From Candidatus Omnitrophota bacterium (lineage in GTDB: Bacteria; Omnitrophota; Gorgyraeia; 2-02-FULL-51-18): a stretch of DNA of 38,512 nucleotides. Positions 15,861 to 23,454 of this stretch are shown here, piece by piece; position 1 is the stretch's first letter, and each line of letters opens with the position of its first letter. Location: assembly GCA_023247935.1 (NCBI GenBank), contig JAHFFM010000001.1:19353-57864 (forward strand), given 5' to 3'. The notes under the pieces are model-generated. The model searched no databases, had not been told where the DNA came from, and saw nothing but the letters and a program-made list of their open reading frames with translations. Position numbers and translations under genes: made by a program.

Positions 15861-16733
15861 TTAAATTTTAAAATAAATGACAAGAACGCAAACGCAAAAC
15901 CACGCGATCAAATTAATTTGCGTCATCTTATCAAAAAATAACACATAAGTCGGGTCATCCCCCAGCCTTCTTTTGTGGACAAGGTAGAGGTAACGAAAAA
16001 TACCATAATAAACGAATGGAATCGTGTACACCAAATGAGCCGTTCCAAATTCGGCGATGGTTCCGCTGTCCACCGTGTAAAGCATATAAACCACAATCAT
16101 CGTGGAAGTAAGAACCGCCATTATTTGATCGATGAAATACAAACTATACTTGGACAAAACAAAACGGTGACCCGCCGCCTTGTCCCCCAGCAATTGGCAT
16201 TCTTGCCGGCGCTTGACGAAACCTAAAAACATGGCCAAGAGGACAATCATGAATATCATCCAATGAGAAAACCGGACATGCGCGATCACTGTCCCGCCCA
16301 CCACACGCAGTACAAAAAAGATGGCCAAAGAAAAAACATCAAGAATCACGATATTTTTTATAATTTTGGAGTAAATAAAATTAAAGAGGAAATAAGATAA
16401 AACCACCCATCCAAACAGAGGGTTGAGTAGAAAAGATAAGGTGGTGGATACAACGCATAAACACCCGGACATAAGAAGCGCGAGTTCCTTCGATAATTTT
16501 CCGGAAGCCAGAGGTCTCAGCCTCTTCATCCGGTGAATCTTGTCTTGTTCAAAATCCACCAGATCGTTCATCAAATAAACCGCGCTGGCCATCATGGAAA
16601 ATAAAACAAATCCCTCCACGACTTGAAAATTTTCAGGCCAACTAAATAACTTTTTCCCGAACACCAAAGGAAGAAATACAAATAAATTTTTTGCCCATTG
16701 CTTGGGTCGGAGCGCAAAAAAAAGAGCTTTCAT
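15861..16733 (-). CDS. UbiA-superfamily polyprenyl-phosphate phosphoribosyltransferase-like enzyme (decaprenyl-phosphate 5-phosphoribosyltransferase / Rv3806c-like signature)
   Basis: 290 aa, about 8-9 TM. LRPKQWAKNLFVFLPLVF, then SAVYLMNDLVDFEQDKIH.MKRLRPLASGKLS (the NDxxDxxxD motif plus the KR.RP.ASG block), which is characteristic of the DPPR-synthase branch rather than the quinone/haem prenyltransferases. Confidence 0.7.
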   Translation of the reverse strand: MKALFFALRPKQWAKNLFVFLPLVFGKKLFSWPENFQVVEGFVLFSMMASAVYLMNDLVDFEQDKIHRMKRLRPLASGKLSKELALLMSGCLCVVSTTLSFLLNPLFGWVVLSYFLFNFIYSKIIKNIVILDVFSLAIFFVLRVVGGTVIAHVRFSHWMIFMIVLLAMFLGFVKRRQECQLLGDKAAGHRFVLSKYSLYFIDQIMAVLTSTMIVVYMLYTVDSGTIAEFGTAHLVYTIPFVYYGIFRYLYLVHKRRLGDDPTYVLFFDKMTQINLIAWFCVCVLVIYFKI

Positions 16734-17701
16734 GATTGTTTTCCTTTAAAACAGGTTGACTGCTTATCTCGGAGCCACCGATACGTCGGCCTCAGCCATT
16801 TCTTGAGTTTTACTTTTAACGGCTCACCAGGTCTCCATCCCTGCCAGGGCGTCTGATCCAAGTATTGGTAAAAATCCGGGAGATTGGGGTGCTGGCACTC
16901 GGACTTCCAAGGTTTGCTGGCTCCGGTGAAATGAAGCCCGTAGGGATCTTGAATAAGCTGGAAGTGCTCTTCTTCCGCGAAAGGCGTCTCATGCCATGGC
17001 TTAGAAAAATGGATGCAACTCATCCGATTCCACTGGCGATTTATCTTTTTCCATTCGCCGATCATCGTGGCGTTGAGCGCATCTTGCTCCGCGTACATCA
17101 GTTGTTTTGAATAACGCTCCAGATAGGCAAACCATATAGGCATGAACTTGAGCTTTCGAATCCTGTCTAAATTAAGAACCATTAATCCCGAGTTAAAATA
17201 AGGCGCGTCTGGCGGCAAACCAGCTTCCTTCCAGTAAGGAATCGCTTCCTGGATAGTCCAAAAATAACAATCGTTGGCCGCGAACAGGGAAACATCCTCT
17301 TGATAAAAGTCCCACAAAGGGCTGATATCTCTTAGAAAGACCATATCCGCATCAATCCAGATTATTTTCTTGAGTTCCAATGGCAGTAGTTCAGGCAGGA
17401 GTAATCGTGAATAGGCCACCCAATTGATATGCCCGCAAGTCGGGTATCGTCTCAAGAGTTTTTGGTTGAGCCGGATAATATTTACTTTTGACCGCGGGCT
17501 CTCAAGCATCCGCTTTATTTTATCTAAAGTATCTTTTCTGATCCCGCCATCGAGAATAAAAAAAACCACTTTTTGTTTTTGATTTAAATTTTTTAAAATT
17601 GAAAACAAAGCGACCGCCAATGTCATGGCATAGTTGTTGTCCGCGGCGCTGACGATCTGAATGGGGTCGTCGTGAACCGATAGTTTCGACGGCGCAATCA
17701 T
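16730..17701 (-). CDS. GT-A glycosyltransferase, family GT8 (RfaJ/LgtC-like retaining hexosyltransferase)
   Basis: 323 aa. IVSAADNNYAMTLAVALFSIL, IWIDADMVFL (DxD), YFNSGLMVLNL, EQDALN, HFTGASKPW. Confidence 0.85.
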   Translation of the reverse strand: MIAPSKLSVHDDPIQIVSAADNNYAMTLAVALFSILKNLNQKQKVVFFILDGGIRKDTLDKIKRMLESPRSKVNIIRLNQKLLRRYPTCGHINWVAYSRLLLPELLPLELKKIIWIDADMVFLRDISPLWDFYQEDVSLFAANDCYFWTIQEAIPYWKEAGLPPDAPYFNSGLMVLNLDRIRKLKFMPIWFAYLERYSKQLMYAEQDALNATMIGEWKKINRQWNRMSCIHFSKPWHETPFAEEEHFQLIQDPYGLHFTGASKPWKSECQHPNLPDFYQYLDQTPWQGWRPGEPLKVKLKKWLRPTYRWLRDKQSTCFKGKQS

Positions 17702-18702
17702 TGAATCTTATCCATCAGGCGCTCGATAAATAGCTCACAACCCTCATCGGAGAGATGACAAATATCATTGTAGTATTTTCCTATTTTTGGCATAAGCTTC
17801 TCTTGATCCACAAATTTAGAAACGCGATACTCCAGCGCTAACTCTCGCGTCACTTGATTGTGAGCCAGAATGGTCTTTTCAATGTTTTCGGGATTTCCCC
17901 ATATTTCAAGAGGGCATCGAGTGGCCTTATAGTCCAAGCCTCTGGTTTTAAACTTCTCAAGAGAATATCCTTCCGAAATATAATAAGCGCAAGTCATTAA
18001 TAAGACGCTTTCATTTTTAGCTTTAGCGATCTCTAAAATCTTAGAGAGATTCTCTTTGAAAGGCTCTCTTGTTTTAATTTTACCGCCATAATCCATCCAT
18101 TCTTTTCTGGGAAACTCCTTAGGCACGTAAAGAGTGCGGCAAAGTCTATCTTTGATCTGTTGAAAAATAACATCCAGCACAAACGGTGTAATAAAAAATG
18201 GGATGTTTTCATATCTTGTTTTTCGATTGATCAATCGATAATAAGCATAATGGGAATAATCTTTTTTAAACATTTCATCCAGACAATTATTGGCTCTTGC
18301 GTCATTTAAACCATGATAAAAAATAACCTGGTCGAAGTGCTTTTTTCTTAGGTACTCATACTTAAAATAACTGTCTCTGGAAGTTTGGGAGGACTGGGCT
18401 AAATTAAATATTTTAATCGGTTTGTTCATTTTTTGACTCAAGTTCTCGAATAAATGAGCCTCCATGGTTCCCCAATCGTTATTAAAAGTGGACTCCGAGA
18501 GAATTAAAATTTTAAAAGTGCCGTCGCTCCACCGGCTGCTGTCGACTTTTTTTAACTCCGGGTAGTAAAAATAATTGATTATTTTTTTGGAACTCAAAAA
18601 TAGGGGCGTTTCGAGACGAAAGACAAAAAAAGCTCTAAAAATAATTTCCGAGAAAAATATCGCGCAAATTAAAAAAATTATGAAATACAAGGTTATTCTC
18701 AT
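17698..18702 (-). CDS. Membrane-anchored SGNH/GDSL-like hydrolase or acyl-esterase (putative glycan-modifying enzyme)
   Basis: 334 aa from ATG 18700-18702 (MRITLYFIIFLICAIFF..., preceded by AGGGA). SGNH-like blocks: ILILSES (block I), FYHGLNDA (block III), NDICHLS (D-x-x-H, block V). The longer track start at 18822 overlaps the upstream gene by 104 nt. Confidence 0.5.
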   Translation of the reverse strand: MRITLYFIIFLICAIFFSEIIFRAFFVFRLETPLFLSSKKIINYFYYPELKKVDSSRWSDGTFKILILSESTFNNDWGTMEAHLFENLSQKMNKPIKIFNLAQSSQTSRDSYFKYEYLRKKHFDQVIFYHGLNDARANNCLDEMFKKDYSHYAYYRLINRKTRYENIPFFITPFVLDVIFQQIKDRLCRTLYVPKEFPRKEWMDYGGKIKTREPFKENLSKILEIAKAKNESVLLMTCAYYISEGYSLEKFKTRGLDYKATRCPLEIWGNPENIEKTILAHNQVTRELALEYRVSKFVDQEKLMPKIGKYYNDICHLSDEGCELFIERLMDKIQ

Positions 18703-18718
18703 ATTCCCTGCCCCCTTT

Positions 18719-19687
18719 TCACCCCTGGGATGACTTGATGAGCTGACGTCGTAGATACGGAATCGCGCGCGTATGAAGCATGGATTTCCAGTAAGCGGAG
18801 CCACAGTAATGCGCCGCCACAATTGCCAACTCGGAAGGGTTTGGAGTGCATATGGGGTACTCCTCTTCGGGAAGAATCATAGCTTCCGCGTGTGTCAGCT
18901 CCATCGCCCAGAGCGTCTGCTCCGAATAATAGTTGCCGGTGCCGTCACCATTCCAGAACTTTGGATTCGAAAGATAACGCTCTATCCTTGCCCAATCAAC
19001 GTCCTTGGCGCTAACCGTCATTACTCCAGAGTTCAGCTTGGCGACACAAGGCCTTCCCAAAAGACTCCGCATCTCCTCTTCATTTAAAATATACCGGTGC
19101 CCATTATCCGGAAAATACACTAGGGATCTCTTTAAGTCTAAACTGTCGAGGATTTCTTTTGGATATTTAAAAAAAAGAACATCGGAATCTAAAATAACAA
19201 GCCGTTTTTCTCTGGAATAGTGGATCGTATCGAATAATTTCAAAGAAAGGATAGAATTTTTCCTAAGCTGAGCACAACGAGAAAAGCCTTTTTTTTCCAG
19301 CGCGTCAATAACCTCTCTGTTGGCATCCACGCGCGAAATGATGTCGATGCCGGGAAAAAGAGATTTTAAAAAAGAAATGTCCTTGGCGTTGAGAGTGCCG
19401 TCATTATGAATCATCGGGTGACAACGCCGTTTAGAGAAATACATAAACGAATAAATAGCCCAGCCCCCCTCCAGCACCATTCTGTGGTTTAACAGCATAT
19501 GAATTTCTATGCCGTCCTGACTCGGCACCGGAGTAAAATTTTTGATGGCTGTCAGATCTTTTTTGAAAAAAATGGCTACTTTTAAAAAATTAAACAAACC
19601 CAAATCCATGAGATGACGAACATTTAACAACGCTCTTCCAAGGCCAAGACTTCTCGCTAATTGATATATTTTTTGTTTGAAGGTCAT
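18719..19687 (-). CDS. Divergent GT-A-fold nucleotide-sugar transferase with GT8-like motif order (function unknown)
   Basis: 322 aa from ATG 19685-19687 (MTFKQKIY...; the track start at 19696 is a TTG). Motifs are collinear with the GT8 next door: LVILDSDVLFF (DxD), KLNSGVMTV, SEQTLWA, HYCGSAYWK. Confidence 0.45.
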   Translation of the reverse strand: MTFKQKIYQLARSLGLGRALLNVRHLMDLGLFNFLKVAIFFKKDLTAIKNFTPVPSQDGIEIHMLLNHRMVLEGGWAIYSFMYFSKRRCHPMIHNDGTLNAKDISFLKSLFPGIDIISRVDANREVIDALEKKGFSRCAQLRKNSILSLKLFDTIHYSREKRLVILDSDVLFFKYPKEILDSLDLKRSLVYFPDNGHRYILNEEEMRSLLGRPCVAKLNSGVMTVSAKDVDWARIERYLSNPKFWNGDGTGNYYSEQTLWAMELTHAEAMILPEEEYPICTPNPSELAIVAAHYCGSAYWKSMLHTRAIPYLRRQLIKSSQG

Positions 19688-19688
19688 T

Positions 19689-21440
19689 TTAGCCAAGCCG
19701 CTTGATAAAATAGTCCCCCAGCACCAACACGTCCATCTTTGTTCTTAAAAAACAGTCGAGCGCCTCTTCCGGGCGACACACAATCGGCTCATTTTCATTA
19801 AAAGAAGTATTTAGAAGCATCGGCACTTGGGTGAGCCGTTCAAAAGCGGAAATGAGATGGTGATAGATTGGATTTTGCTTGCTCGTGACTGTTTGGAGCC
19901 TTCCTGAGCCATTCACATGCGTCACGGCAGGGATCGTAGCCCGCTTTTCCGTCCGAACCTGAAAAACCTGCAACATAAAAGGAACGTCATAATCACTTTC
20001 AAACCATTCTGATACTTTCTCCCTCAAGATAGAAGGCGCAAAAGGCCTAAAGGACTCCCGGCGCTTTATTTTCAGATTCAAAATATCTTTCATGTCCGCG
20101 CGACGCGGATCGCCGAGAATGCTGCGGTTTCCCAGAGCACGCGGTCCCCACTCCATCGCGCCTTGAAACCAGCCCACCACCTTGCCCTCGGAAATGGCGA
20201 GAGCAGTCTTCTCACAAAGTTCTTTTTCGTTTATTTTTTCAACAACACAATTTTTCTCTTTCAGCTGCAAGCTGCAAGCTGCAAGCTGCAAGCTAATCTC
20301 TTCCTCGCTAAACGCCGGCCCAAGATAAGCGTGATCCATTTTGAATGCCTGTGAATTTCCCAGTGTCTCATTCCATACGGAGTAAGCCGCCCCAATAGCA
20401 CCCCCCGCGTCCCCGGCCGCGCATTGAATATAAACATCCTTGAATCCTGTTTTTTCAAAAATTTTACCGTTGGCGACGCTATTCATCGCGCAACCGCCGG
20501 CCAAACAGAGAGAGCTCTGCCGCGTTTGTTGATGCACATACTTTAAAATATGAAAAAATGCCTCTTCGTACATTGCTTGAACCGAGGCGGCTATGTTTTT
20601 ATGGTGTTGGGAAAGCGGCTCTTGCGGCTTTCGGGCGGAGCCGAATAGGCTTTCCATGGCTTTAGAATAAGCCCGCCCAATCACGGGTTCCCCTTTCTCC
20701 CAGACCATCGAAACGCCTTCTGAATGATGAAGAAAAAAATTCAAATCCAATTTAAACTTTCCTTTGGGCAGTAAATGGACAATGCGCCGCATCTTTTCGA
20801 TTTCAGTCGCCTGCCCATAAGGCGCCAAGCCCATCACTTTGTATTCATCCCCATAATTGGAAAATCCCAAATATTGAGTGAACGCCAAATAAAAAAGCCC
20901 CAGAGAATGCGGAAAGCTTACAGAGTCCCGGCAAGAAATCCGATGCTTTCCACCCGTTCCCCACATCATGCTGACAAAATCTCCAAAACCATCCACCGAC
21001 ACAACGGCCGCCTCGTCAAATCCCGAGACAAAAAAAGCACTGGCTAGATGCGCCCGGTGATGCTCGATGTGATGCACTTGAGCGCGAATATCCCGCGAGG
21101 ACACGCCCATCGCTTGAGAGAAAATACTTTTGATGTCATTGATTTTGGCAGCATTTTTAGCGCGCTCCATCACGATCGATAAATCCGGTTTTTTTGAAAA
21201 AGCGTAGATGGCTTTCTCCAGCCAATGAGCTTTTGGGTCGCGGTTGAGAGCGATGTGATCCAGCTGATCAACGGAGATCCCCGCGGCTTTCAAACAAAAT
21301 TGGATAGACTGGGTCGGAAAACCCGCCCAATGCTTGATTCTTAAAAATCTTTCTTCCTCCACCGCGGCCACCAAACGACCGTCCTGAATCAGACAGGCGG
21401 ACGCATCGGCGTGAAACGCGTTGATTCCCAAAATATTCAT
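19689..21440 (-). CDS. NodU/CmcH-family carbamoyltransferase
   Basis: 583 aa. N-terminus MNILGINAFHADASACLIQDGRLVAAVEEERFLRIKHWAGFP is the classic start of this family. Also GLAPYG, LAGGCAMNSVANGK, and the C-terminal LNTSFNENEPIVC block. Confidence 0.9.
   Translation of the reverse strand: MNILGINAFHADASACLIQDGRLVAAVEEERFLRIKHWAGFPTQSIQFCLKAAGISVDQLDHIALNRDPKAHWLEKAIYAFSKKPDLSIVMERAKNAAKINDIKSIFSQAMGVSSRDIRAQVHHIEHHRAHLASAFFVSGFDEAAVVSVDGFGDFVSMMWGTGGKHRISCRDSVSFPHSLGLFYLAFTQYLGFSNYGDEYKVMGLAPYGQATEIEKMRRIVHLLPKGKFKLDLNFFLHHSEGVSMVWEKGEPVIGRAYSKAMESLFGSARKPQEPLSQHHKNIAASVQAMYEEAFFHILKYVHQQTRQSSLCLAGGCAMNSVANGKIFEKTGFKDVYIQCAAGDAGGAIGAAYSVWNETLGNSQAFKMDHAYLGPAFSEEEISLQLAACSLQLKEKNCVVEKINEKELCEKTALAISEGKVVGWFQGAMEWGPRALGNRSILGDPRRADMKDILNLKIKRRESFRPFAPSILREKVSEWFESDYDVPFMLQVFQVRTEKRATIPAVTHVNGSGRLQTVTSKQNPIYHHLISAFERLTQVPMLLNTSFNENEPIVCRPEEALDCFLRTKMDVLVLGDYFIKRLG
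20264..20294 (-). repeat. Heptanucleotide tandem repeat (GCTGCAA)x4 plus GCT on the plus strand (TTGCAGC on the coding strand), inside the carbamoyltransferase CDS
   Basis: Direct reading: gctgcaa at 20264-20270, 20271-20277, 20278-20284 and 20285-20291, then gct. Encodes SLQLAACSLQL. Confidence 0.9.
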
Positions 21441-22279
21441 CCGGAAACTCTCGAGGTTTGTTTTGATTTTAATTCGCGCTTTTTAGAGACAATCATGCCG
21501 TGATAAGCGCTTTTCATGCGGCAAAACAAAAACCCTTCTTTCCCATCTAAAAATCCCAAACGAAAAAAATAGCTGTAAATAAAATAAAAATGGGGTCTAA
21601 AAGGAAACTGACGGATCAAGCGCTTCATCCCGGCCTGACGCCGCATAGGATCCTGAGAAAAGATGTCCGAAATTTTTCCGGAGCCGTTCAATTCGTCTTC
21701 AATCTCATAGATTGCTTCTTTTTCGGCATAGCGTTTTTGCCGCTGGAACCATTCCTCGATACCTTTCAAATTTTCATCAATCAAATCATTTTCTAAAGAG
21801 AGCGTTTTTCCATTCACTGTTTGAGACTCCGCGTGTCCTCGATCAAAATAAACAACCCGGTCTTTGTGAATCAAGCGCACCACCCACACCGGATAAAGAC
21901 TGCTATATTTGAGCCATCTTCCCCATAGGTGGAAACGACGGCGTAAACGATAAGCGGCCACGTCGGGCGTGGAAATAGCCGTGACAGTCGCTACCTCTTG
22001 CGCCAACGCCTCCGAAACCCTTTCATCGGCATCCAAGATTAAAATCCACTCATGTTTCGGGGATGTGTTTTGAATCGCCCATTGGCGCTGAGATCCAAAT
22101 CCCACAAAAGCATGCTGAAAAAAACGGGCACCGGATTGTTTGGCTATTTTTTCGGTATTGTCCTGGCTAAAAGAATCAATCACGATCACGTCATCGCACC
22201 ACTCAAGACTTTTTAAGCAAGACTCGAGATGAATCTCTTCATTCAGAGTAAAAACCATGACGCTCGCGCCACTTTTCAA
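21437..22279 (-). CDS. GT-A glycosyltransferase, family GT2
   Basis: SVMVFTLNEEIHLESCLKSLEWCDDVIVIDSFSQDNTEKIAKQ and ILILDADE. Start is uncertain. TTG 22277-22279 overlaps the upstream TGA (TTGA) and leaves a normal lead-in to strand beta-1. The alternative is ATG 22256-22258. The track start at 22345 overlaps the upstream gene by 70 nt. Confidence 0.8.
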   Translation of the reverse strand: MKSGASVMVFTLNEEIHLESCLKSLEWCDDVIVIDSFSQDNTEKIAKQSGARFFQHAFVGFGSQRQWAIQNTSPKHEWILILDADERVSEALAQEVATVTAISTPDVAAYRLRRRFHLWGRWLKYSSLYPVWVVRLIHKDRVVYFDRGHAESQTVNGKTLSLENDLIDENLKGIEEWFQRQKRYAEKEAIYEIEDELNGSGKISDIFSQDPMRRQAGMKRLIRQFPFRPHFYFIYSYFFRLGFLDGKEGFLFCRMKSAYHGMIVSKKRELKSKQTSRVSG

Positions 22280-23454
22280 CGCTGAGAGGCCTTTTCGAGA
22301 ATTTGCTGATAAGCGTTTTCCATGCGGCCAGCGATCGCCGGCCAACCGAACGACTCTCGCGCGGCTCGCATGCCATTTTCTCCCATTTGCCTTCCAAGCT
22401 CAGGGTTTGAAATAATTTGATTGAGAGCCTCCGCCAAAGCTTTTGGATCGCCTTTGGAAACCAGTCCTGCCCTGCAAGACGCTACGGTTCCCGACAAGCC
22501 CACTTCACGCGTCACAAGCACCGGGCAACCGGCGGACATGGCTTCCAAAACGGTATTTCCAAAATTTTCCGAGTACGAAGGAAGCGCGAAAACCGTCGCG
22601 CGCTTGTATAAAGCTTCCTTTTTTGCGCCATAAACAGGTTCAAAAAAATGGAGGCGGTTTTCCACGTGATGTTCGGCCGCCAACTTTTTAAGAAATGTCC
22701 CGTAACCTTCTTCGTCATTGCCGACAATCACTAGTTGAGCCTCCGGAATATGCCGCAGCGCGGGAATCAACCGATCCAATCCCTTTTTCCAATGGATACG
22801 CCCTAAAAAAAGAATCAGCGGAGATGCCGCTGGCAATCCTTTAAACAAATTTTCTTCGAAATGGTCTTGAGGGGGATCTTCCGAGCGTATCTCCGCGCCA
22901 TTAGGAATCACAAACCCTTGAGGAAGCGAGATTGAAAACTTAGCCGCCTCCTCTTTTTCTATGTCGCTTGTCCAATGAATCGCCGAGGCTTGTTCTAAAT
23001 TTTTTCTTTCAACCCATTGAATCCACAAATTTTTTAGCAATGGATTTTTGCGGCGCACTAACTCTTTCACCAGCATTCCCCGCGGAGAAACAATATAAGG
23101 AATACCCTGTTGGCGAGCGACTCGTTCCGCCATCCAGGTCGGCCAAAGAAAAATAGAGTGTGTATGAATCAAATCGAAGTTTTTTGCCTGATGCCTGACA
23201 AATGTTTCCATCGTAGGCGCCCAGTAAATCCTTCGTAGGGATTTGGATTGGAAATACCGCACATTCACGCCGTCCACCCGCTGAATTTCTTGATGAATGA
23301 CCTGAGAATCCGAGGCTCCGTCCACACTGGTGGTGACCACTTCCACTTGATGCCCCCGGAGAGTCAGCGCTTTACACAGCCCATGCACCGACTGGATAGT
23401 TCCCCCATATCTCCAGGCCGGAATATACGTCGGAACCACATGCAGTATCTTCAT
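22276..23454 (-). CDS. GT-B glycosyltransferase, family GT4
   Basis: 392 aa. MKILHVVPTYIPAWRYGGTIQSVHGLCKALTLRGHQVEVVTT and the EX7E region SENFGNTVLEAMSAGCPVLVT. Confidence 0.85.
   Translation of the reverse strand: MKILHVVPTYIPAWRYGGTIQSVHGLCKALTLRGHQVEVVTTSVDGASDSQVIHQEIQRVDGVNVRYFQSKSLRRIYWAPTMETFVRHQAKNFDLIHTHSIFLWPTWMAERVARQQGIPYIVSPRGMLVKELVRRKNPLLKNLWIQWVERKNLEQASAIHWTSDIEKEEAAKFSISLPQGFVIPNGAEIRSEDPPQDHFEENLFKGLPAASPLILFLGRIHWKKGLDRLIPALRHIPEAQLVIVGNDEEGYGTFLKKLAAEHHVENRLHFFEPVYGAKKEALYKRATVFALPSYSENFGNTVLEAMSAGCPVLVTREVGLSGTVASCRAGLVSKGDPKALAEALNQIISNPELGRQMGENGMRAARESFGWPAIAGRMENAYQQILEKASQR

Noticed and set aside
18703-18822. N-terminal 40 aa of the track ORF 17698-18822. The same reasoning applies to 32855-32908, 36082-36135 and 22280-22345.
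   Set aside because: These extensions run into the 3' ends of the upstream genes, some begin at GTG/TTG codons that the tracker reports as M, and they carry no signal or domain features. Internal starts give canonical N-termini.
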